The position numbers were made by a program, and so were the translations under genes. Shown piece after piece: positions 40,253 through 52,809 of a stretch of DNA of 64,000 nucleotides. The stretch is from Seison nebaliae (lineage: Eukaryota), in NCBI GenBank assembly GCA_023231475.1, contig JALJEE010000928.1:1-64000 (forward strand). The letters run 5' to 3'. Every line of letters starts with the position of its first letter. Position 1 is the stretch's first letter. Under the pieces are notes generated by a model. That model did no database searches. It was not told where the DNA came from and worked only from the letters and a program-made list of their open reading frames with translations.

Positions 40253-41023
40253 TTATTCACTCGTCGTTTGTACGAGAACACTGAAGGATGCTTCTTTTTC
40301 TAAATGCTTCTTATATTCTCTTCCTGATACATCTCGTCCTTCGTCGTCGATCATCAGATAAATATTCGGATATGCCACACTCTCCAACATTATCAATTGT
40401 TTCGTTCCAATAAGTGAATGGACAAGGAATTCCGTTTCTTTTCCTATGGGCTGACCCATCGGCTAATTTTAGTCAATTAATCGAATTGAAATGGAAATCA
40501 TCTAACAATATGGATCACATGCAAATGTTTCTCTGGTGTATAACCGAGATAATTGAACATGTTATGGAAACGATACTTATCGAAACCCGTCGGTATTACA
40601 ACCCATGTGGCTATATTGAAATGAGGGAATTAGATAATTTACTTTTTCAAATTAATTTTAACCGTTTTGAAAATTGGCACCACTTCCTCCGATTCCATCA
40701 ACCACTAAATCATTAGATGCACTTCTAACGATTTGTAATGTTCTCGTCGAACTCACTGACACGAATTGGATAATGTTATTATATTTCAATTTTTTCTTAA
40801 AAAATTCAATTTAAAAGAAAATCATTATAAATGCAAATTTTACCAATACTGAAGAATCTAATTTATTCATTAGACATTGTAATCGATCTTTCCCCACAAC
40901 TGCCGATGTTACATCAGACGCTGTACTAAGAATACTCTATAAATTAATCAAGATTTAATTACAAGACAAAAGAAGAGTTAAGTTAATAGAAAAAATTTTA
41001 CGAACGTTAAATAATTTCGACAT
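40253..41023 (-). CDS. Uncharacterised beta-trefoil-like protein (5 exons)
   Basis: Spliced ORF ...IIQFVSVSSTRTLQIV...VVDGIGG...ATWVVIPTGFDKYRFHNMFNYLGY...TEFLVH...IMLESVAYPNIYLMIDDEG...ASFSVLV; three-fold strand pattern. Confidence 0.65.
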
Positions 41024-41350
41024 TTTGGTTAGCGTTTAATTTCCTTGTTTTTATTATGGGAAAAGGCTAAATTTTTTATATAGAACTTAAAAGCGATTGA
41101 CGTATTAAGAAAATATTTATTGAACATTCGGAACCTAAAAATCATTCTTCTAAATGAAAGATATGAGTAATTGATTATTAACCCATAATCTTAATTATTA
41201 GTAATTATTTAAAGTGTTCTAATTTCATAAGTTGAGAAAAATCGACAAATAATAAGAAAAAAAGAATAATTATAAAATTTATTTCGGAAGTTAATAAGAA
41301 TAAATAGATGAATAAATTAATAAATAATAGTTTATGGAAATTGAGAACGA

Positions 41351-41704
41351 TTAGACTTCATCCATTGAGATATTGAGATCGATGAAACTGACTTGCTTGC
41401 GAATTTTACGAACTTTTGGAGAGAATGCAGTTCGGTTTTCATAATTATGTCCATTCGATGAGATTTTTGAAAAATTATTGTTTTGTTGAATATTGGGAAA
41501 TTGGATATTTTTTTGAGTATTATTGAACTTGGGAAGTTCCATAAATTCGTCATTGAATTGAGAATGAATATTGTGACAATTATCGTTGATTAACTCCTTC
41601 AATTTGAGACATCTCTTTGATTTTATAGTGTTATCATTGATTCGAATTTTTTTGCTTGATTCATTGGATTTGGGAATAGATACGATTTTTGCATATTGAT
41701 ACAT
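41351..41704 (-). CDS. Hypothetical N-rich small protein with RVxF-like motif (RKQVSF)
   Basis: 117-codon ATG ORF only; no homology recognised. Confidence 0.35.
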   Translation of the reverse strand: MYQYAKIVSIPKSNESSKKIRINDNTIKSKRCLKLKELINDNCHNIHSQFNDEFMELPKFNNTQKNIQFPNIQQNNNFSKISSNGHNYENRTAFSPKVRKIRKQVSFIDLNISMDEV

Positions 41705-42183
41705 ATTGAATATTATGAAATAATTAAAATGATGTCGATTAAGATATGATGCTGAGAATGGTAAGATAGTAAATTTCGAGATTTTACTTCTCATTATATA
41801 CATATTAACTTTTGATTAATACTAAATCTACACATTTCATTTAATCAAATTCCCAATTTTCCATATAGTTCTTCATCCGAACTTCCATATAATCAAAAGT
41901 TTGATTATTTTCTTTATCAAACGAACCGATAGAGATTATTCTGGAATGCACCAAGTATTCAAACGTGAATATTTTCTAAATGAAATATTATCTAATTGAT
42001 GGGTTGAGACAACGAATGAAAATTAATTATTTACCGAATCTGGATATTATTATAGAATAATATCTAAAGTAGGATTTTCGGTGAGAATGTAAGAGAATGT
42101 TCGATTTTTTTGGAGAAGTTTAATCAAATTTCATGAGCAACTTTGATATTTTATTAAAAAAGTCCAAAAATCTTTAATACACA

Positions 42184-42256
42184 CGCCGTGACCCGGGATC
42201 GAACCAGGGACCTTTAGATCTTCAGTCTAACGCTCTCCCAACTGAGCTATCACGGC
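42184..42256 (-). tRNA. tRNA-Phe (GAA)
   Basis: GCCGTGATAGCTCAGTTGGGAGAGCGTTAGACTGAAGATCTAAAGGTCCCTGGTTCGATCCCGGGTCACGGC: perfect acceptor stem, A/B boxes, downstream T-runs. Confidence 0.97.
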
Positions 42257-42585
42257 TGTACTATTGTTCTTTAATTGTTCATAAATACTTAAGGATATTA
42301 ATTTTTTAATAATATTATGGAACTTTTTAATTGAAGACAGAAATTCAATTGATTTTTTGTAGAAAACATTTGTAGTTTTATTATTCAGTTACAAATTTTT
42401 TTTCGTATATTACCTTATCAGTCAAATTAAAAGAATTATTCCTTAACGGAATTATATATCGAATTACCAATTAGTCAATTGTCGGAAAAAAATATTAATT
42501 ATTTTATAATAAAATGAATGTAGAGAAAAGTTGTTTTATGAATTTTAAGCAAGAATAATCGTTAGAAAATATTTCGATAGAGAAT

Positions 42586-43700
42586 ATGATGAACATTACT
42601 TATGAAGTATTAATGTTCATTTTGACTTTAGTAAGTTTCTTTTCATTTCATTAGCAAAACGTTTCTTAAATATTCCGATCAATTTTACAATTAATTTAAC
42701 AAATTAGCTAGCAATATTGTTGTCGTTTATAATTTTTTGTAATCGACAAATTAACTTCGGAAAAGAGGATTATGGTCCGACAATTAATTTGACGAGTAAG
42801 AAATTGAGGAAATTGAATAACCCATTCACATTGTCACTAGCTTCCAATTTATCTGATTGTTATTTTGGAACGACAAAAATTGATGTGTCGGTTGTCTTTG
42901 GAGATTTGAAAGGAATAAACTTCATTGCCCTTTGGCAAATATCGAAAGAAGATACGAAATATGTGTTCGATAATCTTCAGCATTTACTTCAAGAAGATTT
43001 CAATTTCGATCTGGTCACACAATCCTCTTTCCACAAATATATCCAGTTCAATTTCATTTCCAACTTTTCTTCCATGAATCAACCATCTTCCATTTTAAAA
43101 TTCAATGCACAGAAAGAAGATAAATGAAGAAAAATTATCTTGGACCGAAAAATTGAGATGTTCAAATTATTCTTTGATAAAAGCGGAAGAAAATCAGAAT
43201 AATATAAAGACATATTATCCACTAGTTGTTATGTGTTGGATAGAGCCGATTGAATTATATCCATTGCAAGAAATAGTTTAGTTTTAACTTTTATTGAAAA
43301 AAATGAAGTTTCCTTCAGATCAAGATAATGTCGGTGTTTCATATTTCTTGGGAAGAACCATCAGAATCAAAGATCCAATATCAATTTATCGGTTTACGAA
43401 ATGGAGACATCATTCCTTATGAAGTTCTTAATATAAATTAATAATTTTCCATTTTGAACTTTTATTCAGATTTTTTATGGAGATGAAAAATTATCGGTTT
43501 GTAGCGTTTGTCTGGAAAATGAATCGACAATTCTTCTTCAACCGTGCAAACATCTTTGTTGTTGTGCTGAATGTTTCGAACACATCGACACTGGATCTAA
43601 CGTCGGAATGGCAGGAAAATGTCCTGTTTGTCGTAATCCAATCGGTTCTCATAATGTAATCAAAGTAAATGAAGATGAGAGGAAGGATTGTAAAAAATAA
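42586..43700 (+). CDS. CGRRF1: Cell growth regulator with RING finger 1-like membrane E3 ligase (5 exons)
   Basis: N-terminal TM segment, KKLRKLNNPFTL, YYPLVV, SVFHI, C-terminal RING CSVC...QPCKHLCCCAEC...KCPVCR. Confidence 0.75.
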
Positions 43701-46700
43701 ACATAGTTTTTTAAACAAATTGTTTTATTTAATTAATTTTTCTTAAGTTAAATCTTAAATGATACTTCTTCGGAATGTCAATATAACAAATTGGACGGAG
43801 AAACGGTAAACTCAATTCTGTAGGAATAATAAAAATCACAAATATTTATTAAATTAGGAGTAAAAATAATGCGACAATTACTAATATCCCTTTTAAACTG
43901 AATTCTATTTAAAATAAGAATGTTCGTAATTGGAAAACATAGATTGTTCCACTCATGTAACAGTAAATTTGCAGTTAATTTTTCTTATCTGAAAGTTCTT
44001 GTATGGTTTATGTTCAGCTGTTAATACTGACCGTTAGGTTCTGACCTAAAGACGGTTCTGATAACCTTTTTGTTATTCTTCGTTTTTGTTACCATTTGGA
44101 CATCACTATCATTTAGTTTGTTCTCAGGAAAAGATTGAAGGATTTGAACTGGATTTCGAATAAATTTTAGTGTGAATATGTTTGTTAATGTAACTCTGTT
44201 ACCTGCAAGAAGAATTCTTCCAACTGACAGTCGTCAGTTAGATGCCGACGTTGCTGAAACCGTTGGAGAGACATCTGTCTCTTAAGCAATATGGGTGATA
44301 TTGATATAAGTGACATAATTCATTCCATATTTCTATGGAATAACTTTAATTTGAGTATGAGATAAATGGAAATTTGATTCCATTGTTATCCATTCTGTCC
44401 AGTGCAAACTTTCTAATATTATATAATATTAGAATTCTAATATATTAGATTATATATATATTATAATAATATTATTCATCACGAGAAACTCATGTATCGA
44501 TTAGGTGTCACCTGTTACCTAATGTTACTAGGTGTCACCTAATAGGTGACATAATAGTTGTAACTAATATTATTATAGTACTAGTTCAGTTCAGTCGTGT
44601 AATCTCATGTTGTTTTTTTTCATACTATTACAAAGAAGTGTTGCCTGTGTCAGGTTGATAAATAATGAAAATTGGACTTGAGGAAAAGTAAAAATGGAAT
44701 TCATCTTCGATGTTACGATTAATATAAAATTCTTAGAACAACGTTCAAAAACTTTACAACATGAAAAATATGTTACCTAACAACTGATAAGTAAAATTGA
44801 TCTTTTAGAGAACAAGGAAACCGAAAGAAGAACATGCAGAATATGGTAAAAGAATGAAGTTGCTATCCCTAAATGTACCATGGCTCCATTCACTGCATGC
44901 ACCAAAAGATAAATTGGAAATCTATCTAACAGTATTAAAAGTTGTATCGGACGAACCACAGAGAGTTACTCACATTTGTTAAGCGTATAAAACATGAAAT
45001 TCCATTGTTTTTAAACGAATACTAACGAATTAAAATTTATTTTTGTAATTCATAGTAATGAAAATAAATAAATAGAAATAATCTTAATGAACTAAATTGA
45101 ATTGTTACTTGATTTAATTTTAAGTTAAAATTTAATTTAACATACGTAGAATAGAGAACGTAGTATATTTTGGCTGTAAGTAGTAAAAGAATAGCACCAG
45201 GTTGTTTATATAAAAAGTTTTTTATTCTAAAAGTTTTAAAAACGAACATAAGAGAGAAAATAAAACTTTATTATCTAATAAGACATGAGAATTGTATTAA
45301 TATTGGAGTGTTAACAACTATAATTATTTTTCATTTGGAATTGAGAACTACTAAACTGGAGTGATCCGTAGCACGAGGATGAAAAACAATGATGAATGTG
45401 TGTTACTTATCATAACGGGTAAAAGATGAAAAGGTAGCGGAGGAAAAGAAGAATAGGTGTTCAATGCAAGTTTTTAATGTACACCTTGAAATTGGCACAT
45501 AATGTTAACTAAAATTGATGTAGGTGCCTAATGATCTTCTCATTATTACCTTCTAATGTGTGGAAATGAAAATATTCATCTCTAACACTCAGTTTTTCTC
45601 TTTAATCAATATTAATTCACGCCATCCATTTCTTCCATAAAGCGTCTCGACGTGGGAATTGTAGGAGCATCATGCCGCTCAACTCCAGATGCGCAGAAAG
45701 GTAGAACATTCAAATCAATTTGCTTATCGACAGAGATACATGAAGTTCCCCCTACCATTCATGGTGGCATGTGTTTACTTGTCTGTTCACATGTTGATTG
45801 AAACAGATCCATAAACAATAGGTGTAGTGTATTATCAGCTTGCTTCAGGATTGAAATGAGAATGGAGAAACGAATCTTTCGAATATTACACCATATTCCG
45901 AATATTTTTTCCTTAATTATGTTCATCAACTTTCTCCTTTGAGATATTATCTTCGAATTCCTTCTTCACTTACGAAAGAAGAAGAAGAAGGGAATGGTGA
46001 AAATTCGGAAAGGAACAATTCTCTCGGAATTTGATTCTTCCTTTAAACCATTTTCTATGTTTCCTATGTTTTGTGAAGCGAACTGCCACCTGTTCTTCTG
46101 ATTGGCTGAGAAACTATTTTCTATAATTTCATCGAACAAGTTTCATTCATATGATAACAGTTGTTTTTTTCGTATGGGCAGGTTGTCGAAATTCCTCATT
46201 CTTAATTTTCACACGAGCTTCTATTCGTAACTTCCGGACGATCGAAGAAAGTAACGGCAACTTCAAAAAATCAAGTTCTTTTGAATAACATTTTCTTCTT
46301 CTTTCGTCTCCTATGCTAATAACGTTCGTTAAACGATCCAATTAATCTTCTTAACGTCTTGCTTACAGTAATTGAATTCCGACTGCGTATTCAAGTGTTT
46401 AACGATTGCTCTTTCTCCTTTTTAATTGTAATTGCTACAATAATTTTTCGAGGAAGATCTCCTCGTGTGGATGCTGTCAAAATTGGAACGATTTCAACGA
46501 TTTCAATTGTGCATAAGTGAAGAATAATCGATTGATAGGAGTAGAACTTGTGAGGAGAATGCCAACGATAATATGTAGAGGATATGTTACATATAATCAC
46601 CAATCGAATATGCACTACAATGGAATTATGTAAAATGATTTATATAAGTCAACTAAATATCGTTTTTTATGATGGTGAAGGAATCATACTGAAAGTTGAT

Positions 46701-48084
46701 AAGAGATTGGCATTTTCACAACATTCCCTTAATGGAAGAAGAATAGACGAATCTTATTAATTAACAGAAAATGGAAAGAAGAATGAAGTTTTCAAGTGCT
46801 TCACACACTGTTCATATGTATTATCAGTATTTACTTTAAAAGGGATTTGGAAAAGGAATGGAAGGAAGAAAAGCATTTGACAGTGACAGAAAATTGGTAG
46901 ACGATGTTGAGAGTGCGGAAGGTGCCAAACGGAACAACGGAAATCATTTGGTATGAACTCAATTTAAGATTTTGTTTTGTTCGAGAGAAAAGATTAAGTA
47001 GGAGAATAATTATCAGCGAAAGAGAAAATGAAGAAATAATGGAAGATGAATATTCTCAATTTAGTTGGGAGAGAAAGAATAGGAAGCCAAATTTGCGCGA
47101 GAAAACAAAGGAGAATTCCTGATAAGTCGTCGGCATCAAGTAGATTTGTTTTCCTATTTTAAAACTTAAACAACAGTCGATTGCAACATGCATATCGATT
47201 TGGTTTTCTCCCCGGCACATTTCCATTCAGTTTTCTTTTCTTTCTTTCTCCTCAATAACTCTTCACAATAACAATGTGATTGAATTTCTTTGAAAAAATT
47301 ATTTATTCAATACTTTTCATCATTCAAAGTCATCTTCCCCTCATCGCCTCCAATTACACTACCATTCCGTTATGGTTCTTAATTTCTTAAAACGAAATAG
47401 ATCATTTAATGTTCAATTTCCTGTGATCGGTTTCTCTTTTAATTTTGAAAGCGATTAATGATTCATATAATTACTGCTGTACGAATGCACCAATTTGTAG
47501 TTATATTAAAAATATTTAGTAGAACATCCAAATTTATCATACCGTTATCACTCGTTATCTTCCTGCAAATTAATTGTTAACTGCAAATGAAAAAAACTTT
47601 ATGTTTTCTCATTTTTCATCGAATAGTTTTGCAGCATGTTAATTGTTCAAAAAAAATTGTGCATTGAATGAAAAAGCATTTCATTAGAAACTAACGAAAA
47701 ATTTATTAGTAATGATGATGACAAGGATGGAATATGTCTAATGTTTGATATCGTTTGTCGGAGACTTCTGCCGTATCTAATAGTCTTGTCCCTCGACAGT
47801 TGTTACTTTCATCGATGGTTGCCATCGAAGTGAAACAAATAATTTAACATTTAGAATGACATCGGCTAAGTTGCACAAAAGAAGTTTCTTTTATATTTTT
47901 GTGAGTCTTTATGTGATGAGATCTGTGATGGCATTTCCTCGTCTAACGATCATCATAATGACAATTGATAAAAACTTAATGTCTTCTCAATTGTTCGATT
48001 GTTTCGTTCTTCATTTAGTCAGTTGATCATCGCTAATTTAACAATTGTAAAATTCTCAATTTCTTTTTTATTATTGAAGCAGAA

Positions 48085-49203
48085 ATGTTTATGATCAAAT
48101 CGTTGTTAGCGGAAAATTTCCAAGAAGAGAATAATGAAAAGAAACAGACGTTGTTAACAGTAAATCAAAAGAAAGAGATAAATGTAATTACACCTGAAAC
48201 ATCGCCAGGTAGTTCCAATGGGAAGAATTGTAGAAAGAGGAAAATGTCGAAAGCCTCTCCAATCAAACATAATTTATCGACACCTCCACTCTCACCCCAA
48301 TCGGATAGTCCACCATCTGAATCGTCGACTCATCTACCAGAGAATAAGATTAAGAAATCACATGATTTATTAGGAAGCAGTTGTTCATCGATTAAGATAA
48401 ATGATACATCCAATCAAGATTTCGAATTGTTGAAGAATATTTACGTCAATGCTGTTCTCAATCTTCTCATGAAGAATGAGAATAAATCAATAAACAATCC
48501 AATTAACCAGAATATATTCAATTCCTTTGAAACCACACACACCAATTCGAAGAGTGATGTAAAAAATAATTTGCAGTTATCTCAATTTACTGAACAGACT
48601 CAACCGCAACGAACAAACAAAAGTGAAGGGGTTAGTACTAAAAATCAAAAAACAATTAAATTACCAGTGAATGAAAAACAAACAAAAACCTTAACTTCAA
48701 CGTCTGCAATCTCTGATTTTATTTCTGTTGTTTCTATACGAAAACCATCAAATGGAGAAGACGAAGGTGCAAATGGAAAATCGTCACAATGGATCCCAAA
48801 GAGTGTGAACAGTACCAAAATGAAATTGAGCGTTAACGAATCAGGAATGGCTACTTATTTCAGTTGTAAGTTGTGTGGGAAGACTTACACAACATTAGGT
48901 GCACTTAAAATGCACATTCGCACACATACTCTTCCATGCAAGTGCAACATTTGCGGAAAGGCTTTCTCGCGTCCCTGGCTCTTGCAAGGTCACATTCGTA
49001 CTCATACGGGAGAGAAACCTTTCCACTGCGAAATATGTTCGCGATCATTTGCCGATCGTTCTAATTTGCGAGCACACATCCAAACCCACTCAAATACCAA
49101 ACGTTATTCGTGTAAGAAATGTCAAAAAACTTTTTCTCGAATGAGTCTCCTTAATCGACATCTTGCTGAGAGTAAATTGTCAGTTTGTTGTTCAAATAAT
49201 TAA
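48085..49203 (+). CDS. snail: Snail-family C2H2 zinc-finger transcription factor
   Basis: [42 protein letters not shown]...[10 protein letters not shown]...[11 protein letters not shown]; four fingers. Confidence 0.95.
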   Translation: MFMIKSLLAENFQEENNEKKQTLLTVNQKKEINVITPETSPGSSNGKNCRKRKMSKASPIKHNLSTPPLSPQSDSPPSESSTHLPENKIKKSHDLLGSSCSSIKINDTSNQDFELLKNIYVNAVLNLLMKNENKSINNPINQNIFNSFETTHTNSKSDVKNNLQLSQFTEQTQPQRTNKSEGVSTKNQKTIKLPVNEKQTKTLTSTSAISDFISVVSIRKPSNGEDEGANGKSSQWIPKSVNSTKMKLSVNESGMATYFSCKLCGKTYTTLGALKMHIRTHTLPCKCNICGKAFSRPWLLQGHIRTHTGEKPFHCEICSRSFADRSNLRAHIQTHSNTKRYSCKKCQKTFSRMSLLNRHLAESKLSVCCSNN

Positions 49204-50225
49204 TTTATTCATCGTCTTCATCTATTAACTTATCGACGTAATAGTCAAATGAAACACGAAAAATTATTAGCTGATCAACCAAATTTTACGGGGTAATTAA
49301 ATAAATACAAGTTAGAAAAATAATTCTTTTCTCCTTTCACATCATAATTTATTGAACATTGATTTACTTAATGAATTCTATATTATCTACAAAGTATAAA
49401 ACTGATTTATTAAATATTCCTAACTAACTATTTCTTCTTCATATTTTTGCTTTCTTTTAAATAAAATGTATGCACTTAATTTATATATAATCAATATAGT
49501 TAAATCATTAAAAATTCATTCCCTCCAATCTTTTTATTTTATCTTAATACGAGGAACTTTAGCAACGAAATTGAGAAGATATGAATGATAAGTGGAGAGG
49601 TACGAGGAATGAGAATGAGAAGGCACAAAGTCGTATGGAAAAAATTGTAATTACTTTGGGACTTCTAGCACGTCCATTCTATTAATTGGAAGAAAAAACA
49701 ATGTAAACAACAGACTGGCTAAATATATTAACATTTTCTAATCTTCTCAAAGTCAAACATAATGTTCATGATGTCATCGGTTTTCTGCTACAGATTTTAT
49801 TTGATAAAAATGAATTCTTCTTATGAGTATATGTAAATATCTATAAAAATATGAGAAATATATTAACGGAAGTTAATCTGTTAATCAGAATATCTTTTTA
49901 TTACAGGAAAGGAAATGCAGTATGGAGAACCTAATTGTAAATCAATATTGTCGGTTGCCGAATTATATGTCGTATTACAAATTAACCACATTATGGTTCG
50001 CATAATCAATTTTGATAAAAGGGTAGTCATTGAAAGGTAAATGGAGAATGTACTTTTGTGCCATTTTGATTAAAAATTAAAGAGAATTTGAACTTCATAA
50101 ATAATCATGCAGAGAAACTTGAAACCGCAAAAGGTTGGCATAGTTTAATTTTGAAAAAAATTTAAACGGACTATATTTATATTTAATTTATACAATTTCA
50201 CAGTAATTAATTAACGGAAAATAGA

Positions 50226-52504
50226 ATGTTAAGTATTGTGAGGAGATGGATGAAAAGTAGAAAACAAGTTTTAGATTATTTGATAGTTACTTCAAGTGAC
50301 GCTCATTGCTCCGAATATGTTCGACATGAAGATAAAATAAGAGAACGAATTAGTTCCTTTTCAGGATCGAATGGACATCTCTTGATTGGAATGGATGAAG
50401 CATTTCTTTGGACTGACGGACGATATTATTTACAAGCAACAAAACAATTATCATCCGATTGGAAATTGATGAAAGAAGGTTAATCAGAATAATTCATCAA
50501 TTCCAATGATGTTTTTAGATGATGATAAAATGGAAGAATTGTTGGTGGAAAAAGAATCATCGAAAATCGGACTCGATTTCACTCGTTGTGATATCGGTTA
50601 GAAAATATTGATAAATTAAATATTGATGATATTGATATATAATGATTTTGTTTCAATACAATTTCAGGATTATGGAATCGAATGACAAACATTAAATTTA
50701 TTGATATATCAACTGATGGATTCTTTGAAGAGGAATTAATGAAGAATTTCGTGGAGACGAATGGAGAGTATCATAAGAGAAATGGAATATTTCTTCATGA
50801 TTCGAAATTCTCAGGGATACATTTCTCGGATAAAAAAGAAGAATTGTGTAATGATTTGAAATTTGTTCAATCGTCTCACATAATTATTTCGTCACTGGAT
50901 GAAATTGCTTGTTAGTGTTCGATAGCGGTAATCTCAACATTTGTTTCTCATCACGAAAGGGCTACTAAATTTGAGATGTTTGAATGAATTTAAATATGTT
51001 CCATTCTTCCTCTCATTTGTCATCGTGTCGAGTAGTGGAGAATGGTTTGAATTAATTCTTATTTTATTATCATTCAAATTATTTTATTCATTCAGTTCTT
51101 TCTTTTGTGATAATGTTCAAAGTGAATCAGTTCAAGATTATTTGAAGAGTAATAATATAAAATTATTTCCATATAATCATTTTTATGATTTCTTACAATC
51201 GTTATTGGACAATCCGATTAATACGAAAATTCAAATGGATTTAACTGCCAATGTAAAACTATACCAAATAATTCCAGAAGTTAATTCTCCTAAAATTTAT
51301 TTTATTCATTTCTTTCTTTTTTCATTTAGGAGAAGAGATCGATTATTCCCTCACCGATCGCTAGAAGAAAATGTATAAAAAATCCAACAGAAATTAATGG
51401 ATCGATTAATGCACATGTTATTCATTATTCATATAATTTAAATAATTATTTCAATAGAATCGAGATTCAATAGCTCTCAATAAATTTTTGAGGAAACTGG
51501 AGAATTGTATAAGATCAAAAGAGAAGATAACGGAAATCGATGCCTCCAATATGATTCATGAAGAACGAAAGTTTTAACTAATTCTTTCTTAACTAATTTT
51601 AAACAATTCTTATTTCAGAAAAAATGAGAATTTTGTTAGTGACAGTTTCGAAGCAATTTCAGCTAGTGGACCTAACGGAGCCATTATTCATTATCGACCA
51701 GAAAATGAATATTTCATTCAACCATCATTACCATATCTGTTGGATTCAGGTGGTCATTATTTGTTAGTTATTATTCTTCCATCAGTCAAATTTCCTATCA
51801 TTATCACAGAGATGGAACAACTGATGTAACACGAACTATATTTTTCCAAGAACAACCAAACCATATTAAAGAGATGTATACGAAAGTGATAAAAGCTCAT
51901 ATTGGTGTGGCGTCGTTAAAGATACCTAAATCATATGATAAAGAGAAGAATATCTGGTTGCAATTGGATGCAATAGCTCGAAGTGAATTATGGAAGTTTT
52001 CCGGCGATAACTATCTCCATGGAACGGGTCATGGAGTTGGCTACTTTCTGGGAGTTCACGAAAAACCCATAATGTCTTATCGATATGGAAATGGTGAGAA
52101 TATAACATTCAGAGATGGAATGATTATAACGATCGGTTAAATTTTAATTCTGCTCATCATTCTCATATGAATGATCATCTGGAATAGAACCTGGATTTTA
52201 TTCGACTGATAATTATGGAATTCGATTTGAGAACTGTTATCTAACTGAATTGCATGTTTTAATTTCAATTATATCGATATAACATTTATTTATAAAATAG
52301 GATGATCATTATACATTTCGTCCATTGACACTCGTTCCAATTGATACGAACAATCTTCTTAAACATCTATTGAATAAGAAAGAAATGGAATGGATCAATA
52401 ATTACCACCATCTTATTCAAAAGGAAATATCTGGAAATATAACAGAAACTGTCGATGTTCAATGGATGAAAGAAAAAACGGAAAACATGAAAAATTTTTA
52501 TTAA
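50226..52504 (+). CDS. XPNPEP1: Xaa-Pro aminopeptidase (aminopeptidase P, cytosolic type; 11 exons)
   Basis: DAHCSEY, WTDGRYYLQA, DSGGHYLDGTTDVTRT, HGTGHGVG..LGVHE, EPGFY...GIRFEN. Confidence 0.88.
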
Positions 52505-52809
52505 AAGAAATATCGAGAAGCTATATGGAACCAGACCAATTCTCCAACATCTACGAAACCAATCTGCGAGCAACCTAATTTTTATAGATTACTAACAAAA
52601 TTTGTAAATGAAAAATATAAAACTAGCCGAATAATAATTTTTGTTGATTTGTTCATTCAAGCTTAAAATTTAAAAAAAAATTTTTTCCTAATGTAAATGT
52701 TCATGAATTATGAATGAATTAAATTATTGAAACGACCAAATTTAGGCTCAATCAATACAGAGGAATTCTGTTATCATATACCAACATATTATACGGTACA
52801 TAGACATTG

